DNA of 49,098 bases, filler included, from Catajapyx aquilonaris (taxonomy: Eukaryota): NCBI GenBank assembly GCA_000934665.2. It is 2 parts of 2 records of this genome, joined end to end, with 100 filler letters (N's around TTAATTAATTAA, not from the genome) between each part and the next. Parts side by side here need not be neighbours in the genome. Positions count along the whole stretch, not along the records: positions 24,616 to 49,098 come from JYFJ02005499.1; 1 more part is not named here. One strand, given 5' to 3'. The position numbers and the translations under genes were made by a program. This document shows, piece after piece, positions 38,269 through 49,098 of this stretch. The notes beneath the pieces were generated by a model. The model worked only from the letters and a program-made list of their open reading frames with translations. It was not told where the DNA came from and made no database searches. Every line of letters begins with the position of its first letter. Position 1 is the first letter of the stretch.

Positions 38269-38376
38269 GCTTCTTCAACCGAAAGGCTCCATTCAATGGC
38301 AAGCCTTTGGAAGTGTCAGGTAATTGTGGTAATTCCGTGAATCGTCAGGGAGCCTCATCGATGCCAAAAGCTGGAA
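38269..38376 (+). CDS. Repeat-array exon 5 (GFFNRKAPFNGKPLEVSGNCGNSVNRQGASSMPKAG)
   Basis: TTTTCAG|108 nt|GTAAAT. Confidence 0.68.
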
Positions 38377-38434
38377 GTAAATGATGATGGGTTATTACAA
38401 TTATGACAGATGGAACCATATCATTGTTGTTTAA

Positions 38435-39051
38435 CCTTTTGACGACAGAGTTTTTGAGCCATTGCCTTACCCGATGGCCTGAGTTCTATTTCCCCTTTTC
38501 CGGAAATTTGATGAAGAGTGATATTGATGAATAATAATCCGCGGACTACCCGGATTACCCCCAGACTGCCCGGATTACCTAGTCACCTGATCAAAATGAC
38601 CCTGTGAGCCATTTCTGAGGGGGACATAGATCAAATTCCAACTTCACCGATTCTCTTGAAATCCTGTGCATTGACATATGCCCCCTCCCATATGGGTCAC
38701 AGGGTCATTTCGAGCACATAACTATAGGTGCGCCTTCATCCCATGGGGTGGGATACCAATGCACTGTATTTCAAGAACATCGGTGAGGTCGGAATTTTAT
38801 GATTTGACCTCTTCCCCCCACAAAAATGTGTCACAGAGTTATTTTTATCAGGAGACTATAGGTGCGTTTTTCATCCCTTGGAGTGGGCTATAATGCACCT
38901 AATTTCAAGAAAATCGTTGAGGTTGGAATTTTACGAGTTGAAAAATGTCCCAAGTTGTGAGGGCAAATCTCAAGACATCATATGATGTCTGTAGGCCCTG
39001 CAGCAATGTAAGCTCGGACATCATAATATGATGTCCGTAGTCGTCAAAGGG
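38435..39051. mobile_element. piggyBac-like MITE
   Basis: TTAA-CCTTTTGACGAC ... GTCGTCAAAGGG-TTAA. Confidence 0.85.
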
Positions 39052-39346
39052 TTAAATGTATAGGTGAAATTTTCTTCCTGACTGCTAACTTGGCAGTATC
39101 AGTTCCAACACTGAGATGGTTATGCTAAGGTAGCAGTAACTAGCAGTAAGATGAAATTTCCACCCATGGTTTTTAATTTGTTACTTGTACATACGTTTAA
39201 GCTGTTATTTATTTAAAAAGTATTACTTGCCCCCATTTTTTCATTCTTTTCCCAGTCACAATAACAGTGGCAGTGATTTCATTTAAAACGGTTAAAAATC
39301 AGAATGGTGCATGCATTTAATTCACCATGCTATGCATTATTTTCAG

Positions 39347-39454
39347 GCGTACTGAACCAGAATGTCCCATGCAATGGGATGCCTTTCAATTTGTCTGGTA
39401 ATTGTGGTAATTCCGTGAATCATCAGGGAGCCACATCCATGCCAAAAACTGGAG
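39347..39454 (+). CDS. Repeat-array exon 6 (xVLNQNVPCNGMPFNLSGNCGNSVNHQGATSMPKTG)
   Basis: TTTTCAG|108 nt|GTAAAT. Confidence 0.72.
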
Positions 39455-39715
39455 GTAAATTATAATGGATTATTACAATCATGACAGATGGAGCCATATT
39501 AAGTTATTATTGTTGTTTAAATTTATGGTTTTTAATTTATGGTGTTGCTGCATGGGTTTATGCTGTGATTTATTTTAAAAGTTTTGCTTGCCCCATTTTT
39601 TCATTATTTTCCCAGTCACAATAATAGTGACAACTGAAGTGATTTCATATAAATCTTTTAAAAATCTGAGAATGGTGCGTGCATTTAATTCACCATGTTA
39701 TGCAAATAGTTTCAG

Positions 39716-39811
39716 GCGTATTGAACCAGGAGGTCCCATGCAATGGGAAGCCTTTGGGAGTGTCCGATAATCCGAATAATCAAGGAGCCACATCGATGCC
39801 AAAGGCTACAG
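39716..39811 (+). CDS. Repeat-array exon 7 (GVLNQEVPCNGKPLGVSDNPNNQGATSMPKAT)
   Basis: TTTCAG|96 nt|GTAAAT; net 12-nt in-frame deletion. Confidence 0.72.
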
Positions 39812-40068
39812 GTAAATTAAAATTGGCTATTACAATCATGACATATGGTACCAGTTTATTATCATTATTGTTTCAATTGATGGTTATTAATTTGTGTTGT
39901 TGCTACATGCGTTTATACTTTGATTTTTGGAAAGTTCCACATGCTATCATTTGTTCATTTCTATCCTAATCAGAATAACAGTCCCGATGGAAGTGATTCC
40001 ATTTAAAACTCTTTAAAACGAGAGAACAGTACCTGCTTATAAGTCACCTTGATATTCACTATTTTCAG

Positions 40069-40176
40069 ACTCATTCATCCGGTACGTCCCATCGACTATG
40101 ATACCTGAGGAAATTACAGATACTTGTGATAACTCCGTGCATCTTCAGGGAGCCCCAAGCATGCCAGAAACCAGAG
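40069..40176 (+). CDS. Repeat-array exon 8 (DSFIRYVPSTMIPEEITDTCDNSVHLQGAPSMPETR)
   Basis: TTTTCAG|108 nt|GTAAAT; divergent but stop-free. Confidence 0.68.
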
Positions 40177-40890
40177 GTAAATCAAAATACTACAATCATG
40201 GCATATGAAACCACTACCAGATTATCAATATTGTTTCAATTCATAGTCATTTCTATTGTCATTTGTGTTGTTTCGACATTTACTATGATTTTTGAAAAAA
40301 GTCCACATGTCACCATCTCTTCATTTTTATCAAAGTCACGATAACAGTGGCAACAGAGTTGATTTCATTTTAAAATGTTAAAAACCGTTCAGGGTGACTC
40401 TCAATCTGGACACATAGGTAAATGGATCATAGTGTTGGTTTCCAGTTGTGCCACGTGGCAGATTGTTAACAGTCAGACAGGTTGAGTCGGTACTACTGGC
40501 AACCAACAATATCCACAATGGACCTCCCTAGTTTCAAAAAGCAGTAAAAAACATAACAGCAGAGGTAATTTAGGTTTTAGTTAACCCTCAGAGACCGGCA
40601 CACTAAATTATTATCAGCTTTGTGACATTTTTAGATCAACACCACGCTTCTGGATGAAATGTACGCATGGTTATTTTTTCTAACAATCTGGGCAGATGTC
40701 CGTAGACAATGGATTGCCCTTTAAGACCATGGCCTATGCTAGACTTTGTCAGAATAATTTCAAAATAATGGTTAAGTTTTGTAACAACAGATGGCAGCAT
40801 ATCTCAGGCTCTGGCTTTCTGATCTTCTTATATTTCTTGATTGCATTATTGTAAATTAGGACTATCACTCAACCAAAGTAACTCTTCTGA

Positions 40891-42721
40891 AGGTCTGAAC
40901 TCATATCGACTTGAAACCACGACTTGTGCGTCAAAGTCGGACTTGCGCGTGAAATTCGTACTTTTGCATGCGTTGGAACGCCGTTTCTGCATGCGTGGAG
41001 GCCTCTTGTTGACATTGGTTGACCGTGGTTGTCCGTGGTTGCCATTCACCGCGCGCAACTGTTGGCACCCCAGGCCTGCCCCAGGTCGATCGATATGCAA
41101 CAATTCGATGCAACACCGTTGCTACGCGTTGTGGGTTCGTGTTGACATTCAGCGCACGCATCTGTTGGCCCCTTGTGCATGCGTCTTTGATCTATTCGAG
41201 GTAGATCCTACGCGCAAGCACATGCCTCACGCACGACCGGTAACCAATCACAGTCCTCGTGTGTGGTCACGTGGGTCTCCCCTGCATGCCACGCCCACTG
41301 CCCCCTTCTTATGGCACCCCTGCCAATTGACCACTTTCAAGTTTCCCGCCAGTATAGAGGCGGAATCTGGCTGGCCGTCAAAGAGCGACGAAATGCTATC
41401 ATCCACTGGAGTCTCGTATTGCCTGCCCATTGTGGATGGGGCCTGGTCGTCAGCATCTGGTGGTCTGACCAAGAGGCTGCTGATCATCTTTCACAGAAAA
41501 GCCAACAGTAGGCCTATTACAAAGTTGCGTTTTCCTCGTCTTCCTCCTTTGTATAATATGTTCATTAAGTTCTGACCACTTCCACCAACGAATAAAAATT
41601 TCCCTAAAAAGGCCTCATTTTCACCTCCTTCCAAAATATCGGGCGCGCCCCCTAACCACGGTAGTCTTTCGCAATATGGATGAAACTTGATATGCAGCGT
41701 TATGTCATAGTTCTGTACTGCCGTGATTTTTTTTTCCTGCAAAATTCGAGATGGTCGAGGAACATTCTTGTGCTCTCTTGATTCGGAATGGCCCAACTAT
41801 TTCGAGAAATGTGGTTTTTTGACTGCCCCGAGGTCAAAAATTAAGTTCAGACAAACGGAATGCTCATCATTGTGATTTACGAGTGACCTAAGGAACATAG
41901 TAATAGCGATGAAATTCCATGGACAAGAAGAGTGTTGCATATAGATGTAGTGTCAGTCATTACCAAAAAAAGTTTAATTAAACATTTCAAAAAATAATCT
42001 AATGAAAACCCAATAGCCAATTAATAGTAGTCCCTCGTCTTCATCACTCCTCAAAAAATATCGGGCTGGTCTGCCCCGTATCCAGCCCTCCACACCACCA
42101 GACCACCATACGTGCTAGAGAAGAGCCCATTCACAATGGGCGGGTAATAGAGAGCATGTTGCAATCGACTCAAAATTCACTCTAGGGGCAGGCTGCCATG
42201 AGGCCGATTGACTTCAGACACACGGAAAGGGAAGGCAGGTCACTCCTCACATTAAAAAAAAAAAAATCTCAGGATGATCTGCCCCGGGGCCAGACCACCA
42301 GATGCGGACAGGCAGAGCCCATCCACAATAATGGTCAGGTAATACAAGACTCCCGCGCATGATCGCATTTCGCCGACATTTTGACATGATGCCTGATTGC
42401 GCCGCTAGAGGTACGAAACTGGAACGTGGTCAATATAATATATTGTTGACATTCGATTGTTGGCACTGTTCGATTATCGTACTGCACGACATACTGCGCA
42501 TGCGCCCTCGGGGATGGAACTGCACGTGCATGCGCAGCCGGCGCAGCGGGATGGATTCGAACACGCATAAGTTCGACTTTGACGCATAAGTTCGACTTTG
42601 ACGCACAAGTCGATATGGAAACAGCCCTCTTTCCCATGCAAACAAGGCCATGGAAACGCACATGCAAAAGTACGACTTTGACGCACAAGTCGTAGTTTCA
42701 AGTCGATATGAGTTCAGACCT
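40891..42721. mobile_element. PIF/Harbinger-like non-autonomous element
   Basis: TIR AGGTCTGAACTCATATCGACTTGAAAC.ACGACTTGTGCGTCAAAGTCG at both ends; flanks TGA / TTA. Confidence 0.8.
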
Positions 42722-43631
42722 TTACTCTCCCGAATTTTGAACATTTTGGGATTTTCTAATTCTGCTTGACCTATAGTGTTGAGAAAACATCACCTCCGCT
42801 GCTAATTTCCACGCTAGCAGGGTGAAAATGCAGCCAAAAGGCGATGTTCTGAAGCCACAACACCTGCATCCGGTCGCGATGCGCCGGTCCCGGCTGCACC
42901 GTCGCAGTCGCCTTTCACCGTGTCTGTAGCACTCTCCGGTGCCGCCAAGGGAAGGGTCATCTCGCACGCCTTGAAGTCGAAGGTGATTATAATAATGGAG
43001 AGCCTTGGAGTCCTGGCTCTCCATTATGATAATTGCCTTTGTGCACTTTTCATTTTTACCTCATATTTTACCATCCGGCTCTCTACACTTTAAAGGCGCT
43101 GTACGCATTAACTACGCACCGGCGCCCAAAACTAATTGCACATCCCTATATTAGTTTTACTAGTACTATAAGTCTACCTGGCGATTGTCCGCAAGTTTCC
43201 CTTCACCCTGTATAATCTTTTATTGTAACATATATTTTGGGATTTGGGATCATACAGAATTTACTAGGGAGTGGAAAAAAATTCAAATGTCTTGCCGGGC
43301 TCTGAGGGTTAATAGGTCTGGAGACTCGACAAGTTTCATTGGAATGGCGTATGTGATGCGTTGCTGCTGCTGTGGGAGATGCTGCCCGAAGTTGCACACG
43401 TGGCATCTGCAGAGGAGAAAACAAGTTGTGTGGTGCTTAGCCACGCGGAAGTTGATCACAGAAGTGCTGGACATGCTGGACATTTTGCCTTTCCCCAACT
43501 CCAAGAAAGAGTCTATGGTGGACAGCCCAGAGACCTCAAATAATGCTGCGTCCTTCATTACGCTTGATGTACTGGAGAGAACCACGGGGGAGGGAGATTA
43601 TTATCAGCTTAAAATTGTGCTTGCTACTTAA

Positions 43632-44044
43632 AGGGACACTCCACTCAAAAAACAAGTTTGGCTGTAAAAATCGGGCAAAATATCCTGAACCCGAAGGTGC
43701 AATCCGTTTTTCGCTACGCAGAACGGTAATCCCAGGGCAAGGGGTCAAAGTGGGGAAATTCAAATAGTGTGCTAGAAGCTGGCCGTCCGCCAGCGACGCC
43801 CTCAGGACCTTGGGAACTGGAGGGCTGCTCCCCCTGCCCGCGCGACTAGGCCCATCCCAGAGCGGTGCAGCCCTCCAGTTCCCCTGTTCCCCGCGAGGCG
43901 GCGCCGCTCATTAGCAGACGACACACTTTGACACCTCGCCCTGGGATTACCGCTCCGTGTAGCGAAAAACAAATTGCGCTGTCGGATTCAGGATTTTTTG
44001 CCCGATTTTTAGAGCCAAACTTGTTTTTTGAGTGGAGTGTCCCT
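43632..44044. mobile_element. Kolobok-like palindromic MITE
   Basis: TTAA-AGGGACACTCCACTCAAAAAACAAGTTTGGCT ... -TTAA; >100-bp inverted arms. Confidence 0.88.
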
Positions 44045-44138
44045 TTAAGGAGCACACACAGAAGTCGACTGATATTTTTGTTACATAAACTTGATGAGTG
44101 TCCCTTCTCACTGTACAATTTGAACACCATTGTTCAGT

Positions 44139-44985
44139 TACTTACTTTACCCGGCATTTCTTTAATCACTTGAACACGAATGAAGATATCGAATTGAACT
44201 GAACTAACCTCACTCTGTGAGAAAGGAGATTGACTCACAACATGTGGTAGAAATGGCCACCATTTACATCCAGGCAGGCCTGAACACGACTTCATATTTT
44301 GGAAGGACCTGACCAGCATGTACTGAGGCACTGCCTGAATTTCTTGGATAAGGTTTTCTTTCAAGGTGTCAATGGATTGTGGTTTGTTTCGGTTCACGTG
44401 TCGGCATGGCCGAAATGCAGACCTTTCTCGGCGACCAAGTCATTTTGTAGGGATTTTGGCCACGAAGGTCAACCTGATCTTATGCCGCCTAATTACTTCT
44501 TATAAAATTCAGGGTAATTGTGTTTAATAAGATTAACATGATATCAGACAGGTAAATGTTATTTTATGTTTGAAAGAGATCTCAGTTATGTAACCTGGAA
44601 GGAGGTCCTCCAAAGGGGTTGTTATGGCCCAGAAAGGGGTAAATTAAAAATAAAGAAATACATAAGCTAAAATAAATCAATAACTTCTTATGGGGCTAGC
44701 TGAAAGAGAGAGTGTACCGAAACAAACCACTATTCAGCAACGCCTTGAAAGAAAACCTTGTCCAAGAAATTCAGGTTCAGGCAGTGCCTCAGGATGTGCT
44801 GGCCAGGACTGTCCAAAATATGGAGCTTCATGTTCAGGACTGCCTGGATGCAAATGATGGCCATTTCCCGCACATGTTGTGAGGCCATTTCCTTTCTCAC
44901 ATAATGAGGTTAGTTCAGTTCAAATTTTGTTGTGATATCTTCATTCATGTTGAAGTTATTAAAGAAATTCCGGGTAAAGTAAGTA
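44139..44985. mobile_element. Palindrome of two inverted mariner-transposase 3' ends
   Basis: Arms 44139-~44400 and ~44715-44985 are reverse complements; they encode NKPQSIDTLKENLIQEIQAVP-like C-terminal remnants. Confidence 0.65.
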
Positions 44986-45142
44986 GTGGGATAGTGGGGG
45001 CAGTTTAATTTATTTAGTAGCAAGTTGAAACTAGGGAGGTTCATTATGGACACCCTGTACAATCCAATTACCTGTGTGTCCAGACCTTAGTCACGCTGTA
45101 GAATAGTATTGGCACATGTCACCTGGAAATTTTTATTTTCAG

Positions 45143-45247
45143 CCGTGTTCGCCCTGAATATCCCGATTCTGCAAGGGACAGATCATGGAATTGTGCCTTA
45201 TATAGTCTATCATTATCCTGGAGCCTCACCTATGCTACCACCTCCAG
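45143..45247 (+). CDS. Repeat-array exon 9 (AVFALNIPILQGTDHGIVPYIVYHYPGASPMLPPP)
   Basis: TTTTCAG|105 nt|GTAAAT; flanking intron homologous to the other units. Confidence 0.6.
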
Positions 45248-45294
45248 GTAAATTTATATAGGTCATTATAATAATGACAAATGTAACCAGATTA

Positions 45295-46913
45295 CACTCT
45301 GCAACATGATATTTGTCCATGGGAATCCAATGCTATTTCCATGTTCCTTGGGTCACTCGTAACTCATAATGACCAATCATTTTGTCTGGGATTTGTTTTT
45401 GACCTTGGGGCAGTCAAAAAATCTAAATCCTCGAAATATAGGGGTCATTACGAATCATGTGGACCAAAATGTTGCTAGACCATCTCAGTTTTTGATGAAA
45501 TAAATCACAGCTGTACCAGGGAGCATAATTATACTACATAAGAGGCGCAAACATTCGATTTTTGCGTCTCTCTGTTTATAGGGCGTTGCCAAGCGGCCAT
45601 TTTGAAGTGTGTGGTGCGCCAACGAGGTATAAATAGGGTACAGGCAGGCCGTCAAGGTCCGCGGAGGTCCGCCATCTTTGATGGTTTTGGCTGCCATGGC
45701 AATACACGGCAATAACAATTTACTTACCCATTCCAATATCGAATTCAATTTCGCGCGTGTTCTTGCCGTGTAGTTGCCATGGCAGCCATAACCATCCAAG
45801 ATGGCGGACCCTATTTTTGCCTATACCCTATTTATACCTCGTTGGGGCAGCACACACTTCAAAATGGCCGCCAGCCTTGGCAACGCCCTATAAACAGAGA
45901 GACGCGAACATCAAAGGCGCCGACAGAAGTTTGCGCCTCTTATGTAGTATATGCTCCCTGGCTGTACACACATGCCACAACACTGCATATAAAGTTTCAT
46001 TCATATTGCTCAATACCATTGGGAGGGAAAAGCGCGACATTTTGAAAATGGCTGAAAATGAGGCCTTTTTTGGAGAAATAAAAGTTAGGTTAGTGAAAGT
46101 GGTCTAAACCCAATAAATATAGATATCAAATGAATGAGAATCACCAGGAGAATGTTACTATGGAATTTGTTTTCCTCTAAAAAGTAACCAGAAAAATGTG
46201 GGGCATTCCATTCGTCACATGTCCAAGAATTTGGCTCCTTGAGAATTAATGATAAATCTGCGAAACAACTCTAATATTTTCTCGCAAACCATGCAAGCAC
46301 CAGGCGTCACACTGAACATAATAAACCTTGTGTGGGTCACAACTCGTGTCACCAAATATGACTGACGTAACTCAAATACATTACTAATTGTCGGGGTCCA
46401 AATTCTTGGGACATGTGAATGAGCTTGTGGCATATAGAATGCCACACATGTTTTGCTGGTTACCTTTCGAGGAAAACAAATACCATAGTTGCATTCTCCT
46501 TGTTTCTCTTTCATTTTTGATACCTATGTTTATTGGGTTTTGATCACTTCCACTAACGGGAAAAAATTCTTCAAAAAAGACCTCACTTTCGGGCATTTTC
46601 AAAGTTTAGCGATTTTTTCCCTCCCACCGGTATTGAGGGATGTGAATTGAACTTGATATGCAGATTTATGGTATTGGTGTGTACAGCTGTGATTTCTTTC
46701 AGCCAAATCCGAGATGGTCTAGCAACATTTTGGTCCACTGGATTCCAAATGACCCCTAAATTTCGAGGATTTTGGATTTTTGACTGCCCCAAGGTCAAAA
46801 ACAAATCCCATACAAAATAATTTGCCATTATGAGTTACGAGTCACCTAAGGATGGATAAAAATGGAGATGAATTCCCACGGACAGGAAAAAAGTTGATTT
46901 TTGTTGCATAGTG
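45295..46913. mobile_element. CACT-terminated (CACTA/EnSpm/Chapaev-like) foldback element
   Basis: CACTCTGCAAC / GTTGCATAGTG, 3-bp TSD TTA, long inverted arms; a related fragment lies at ~41490-41940. Confidence 0.8.
45517..45960. mobile_element. P/Galileo-like palindromic MITE nested in the CACT element
   Basis: CAGGGAGCATA ... TATGCTCCCTG; exact 7-bp TSD GCTGTAC. Confidence 0.85.
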
Positions 46914-47123
46914 TTATCAATATTGTTTAATTTTATGGTTTTTAATATGTGTTGCTTCTGCATGTGTTTATGCTGCGATAAAAAAAGTTCAATGTGCCAC
47001 CATTTTTCATTACTATCCGAGTCACAATAACAGTGGCAATGGAGCGATTTGAGTTAAAACTTTAAAAACCATAGAAGGGTAGACTTCCTGCATATAATTC
47101 ACCTTGATATTCATTATTTTCAG

Positions 47124-47207
47124 TCTATTTCAACCACACTGTCCCATACAGGACACAGTCTCGTAGCTGTGATGGTCAGGAAGTCCAAACAATGACAACA
47201 GTTCGAG
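47124..47207 (+). CDS. Repeat-array exon 10 (VYFNHTVPYRTQSRSCDGQEVQTMTTVR)
   Basis: TTTTCAG|84 nt|GTAAAT; followed by another homologous intron, implying an exon 11 beyond the next insertion. Confidence 0.62.
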
Positions 47208-47438
47208 GTAAATTAAAATAGATCATTATAATAATGGCATATGTAATGAGATTATCATTATCATTTCAATTTATGGTTTTAATTTGGGTTCTTGCTATGT
47301 GGGTTTGTGCTCTGATTTTTTTTTTTTAATGTTCCACATGCCACCATTTGTTCATTACTATCCCAGTCACAATAACAGTGGCAACAGAAGTGATTTCATT
47401 TGAAACTTTTTAAAATCAAAGAATGGTACCTGCATGTT

Positions 47439-49098
47439 GGTCATTCCACACGAAAAGGGACATTTTGGTTAAAATTGAAAGTTTGAAAATAAATAATTTT
47501 TCTCTCATTTTAAACTTTCATAGCCTTGAATTTTATGTTTTGTACGAAAGAAATTTGAAAAAAAATTGGGTCAGTGTTTTACAAGTCCTGGAAGGAAGTG
47601 CAATCCTCTTGATGCTAGGTAGAACATGATTGAGAGTACTTGCCCTACCTCAGTGTAGTACGCCCTCCCCCAAAAAGTGGAGTGGTGGGGGTAATGAACA
47701 AAATGTGATACAAAATCTCCATTAAGATAATCTGGACATTAGAATGGATAATTATGAATTGTAACATTGGAGTTAGGGGGACACGAAAGTTTAAGTTGAT
47801 TTGACAGTTAACAACTGAAATAAATATGATTACACCTTGGACAGTGAATTTCCGTGGGATCTGGTAAATATTGATGCCACTACGTTTGTATGTTACTTAG
47901 CAGGATATTAATTTCAAAAATGAACCTGAGGGGCCACACAAATCCTAAGACAGCATTAAAATTAATTACAAAAAATCTACCACAGAATTTTTAAATGTTT
48001 ATCACGGCTTGCAGATGTCGAATTTTCTCTGCATTTTTAATGCAGGGATTTAAAAAACCATTTCACGTTAATTGAATTGAAATTTTTTATTGTAGCACAT
48101 TCGGCCGTTTTTTGGCAAAAGGCATTAACCCGCATCACTGTAGTTTGGAGATAATCGAGTTTGAATGGTTTTCCCCTGCCAAAGTCAGGTAATATAGTGA
48201 GACAAATGCTTGGTGTCATTTTACAACCATGTCAGAATTCTCCTCCTTTGCAATGCACTGACATTACTGATTCATGGGTCCAAGGTCAGCAATGTGACCA
48301 AACATGTGGATAATGCCCTTTGCCAAGACAATAATGATTTGACTAGACATGCCTTTTTATAGGTCACAAGGCATTAAGCCACCCCATACCATCCATTAAA
48401 AATGTGATTTTCCTGCAAAAATGGGGTTGTTACTAAAAATCTTTTTACTCCAAAAATGCTTAATGTTGAAATTTCCCCTTGACGCTATTATTATTCCAAT
48501 AATTCCTAAGCAAACATACTGTGTGAGACTTAGTAGCCTACGGTAAAATAAATAAATGTCATAACATCGCAATTTGAGTAACACGACTGAAATGAAGAGA
48601 TTGCAGTATTGGAACACAAATACGTGAAACACGTCATCCTCTGTTACACTACAAAGAAATGCCACATATCATGATGTTTTTTTCGGTTAAGGCCACTTTA
48701 TTAATAATATAAATGCGTCACAATTACATTTGTATTACAATTCAATGAACGTGGCCCGTTAGGGTTCATAAGTGCTAAGAAGATCCTGCGAACTCTCGCT
48801 GGCAGGCAAGTTGTTCCAAAACATCCTGCGGTTTACTGGCATTTTAGGGACCAATAGCTACAATGTAATCTTTCTTCCTTTTTGCGATTCCGCGTGGTGC
48901 TGTAACTGTTGATTGTGGAATGACAAGTCCCGCCTTTTTCTTCTGTGTATGCGTCCTCTGTGAATTTTGTCTTGTACTGCATGAGTCTTGATCCCTGTTC
49001 TAATCTGGCTTCAACCACATCTTTAAGTAAGGGGAGAGATTTCCCTACCTTGGTGTTTCTGGAGATCACCTGATCAGGCCATTTTCGAAAATCTGCCA
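47439..49098. mobile_element. Left part of a DNA transposon interrupting intron 10 (GGTCATTCCA terminus), running off the window
   Basis: Intron homology stops abruptly at GAATGGTACCTGCATGT; terminus similar to the reverse complement of 2341-2351. Confidence 0.5.

Larger units (their letters stand above)
40390..45098. mobile_element. mariner-type element shell containing several nested MITEs (intron 8-9 of the array)
   Basis: CAGGGTGACT..TCTGGACACATAGGTAAATGGAT vs ATCCAATTACCTGTGTGTCCAGA..AGTCACGCTG-TA; a second inverted pair at ~40510 / ~45020-45058. Confidence 0.7.

Noticed and set aside
40841..41575. 244-aa ORF
   Set aside because: Starts at a non-ATG codon, crosses the TIR of a non-autonomous element and a nested fragment, and has no recognisable motif.
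43185..43631. 148-aa Cys-containing ORF
   Set aside because: Lies inside nested TE debris, ends at a MITE TTAA, and has no identifiable domain.
29486..47207. Array as a CRISPR, a satellite, or the 3' end of ZNFX1
   Set aside because: Eukaryotic context and ~360-bp units with splice signals, not repeat-spacer structure. The peptide is unlike ZNFX1 C-termini and is separated from ZNFX1 by an artificial gap.

Overview
Intron-rich, transposon-dense eukaryotic DNA, most likely from an arthropod or other invertebrate. The left half carries an intact but divergent eIF4G-like gene (+, about 3433-9578; MIF4G-MA3-W2; about 703 aa; apparently lacking the eIF4E-binding N-terminus). It is followed by a ZNFX1-like SF1 helicase/NF-X1 zinc-finger gene (+, about 13645-23939 and beyond) with at least three frameshifts. 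A 100-bp artificial spacer (44N-TTAATTAATTAA-44N, 24516-24615) splits the window, so the two halves may not be truly adjacent. The right half has a degenerate long-TIR DD41D Tc1/mariner element. It also holds, hidden among nested MITEs, a tandem array of at least 10 homologous phase-1/phase-1 mini-exons (75-108 nt, all multiples of 3, no stops; 29486-47207) encoding an unrecognised ~36-aa repeat that the ORF track shows only as three isolated fragments. All coordinates were read by hand; family assignments rest on motifs, TIRs and TSDs, not on database searches.
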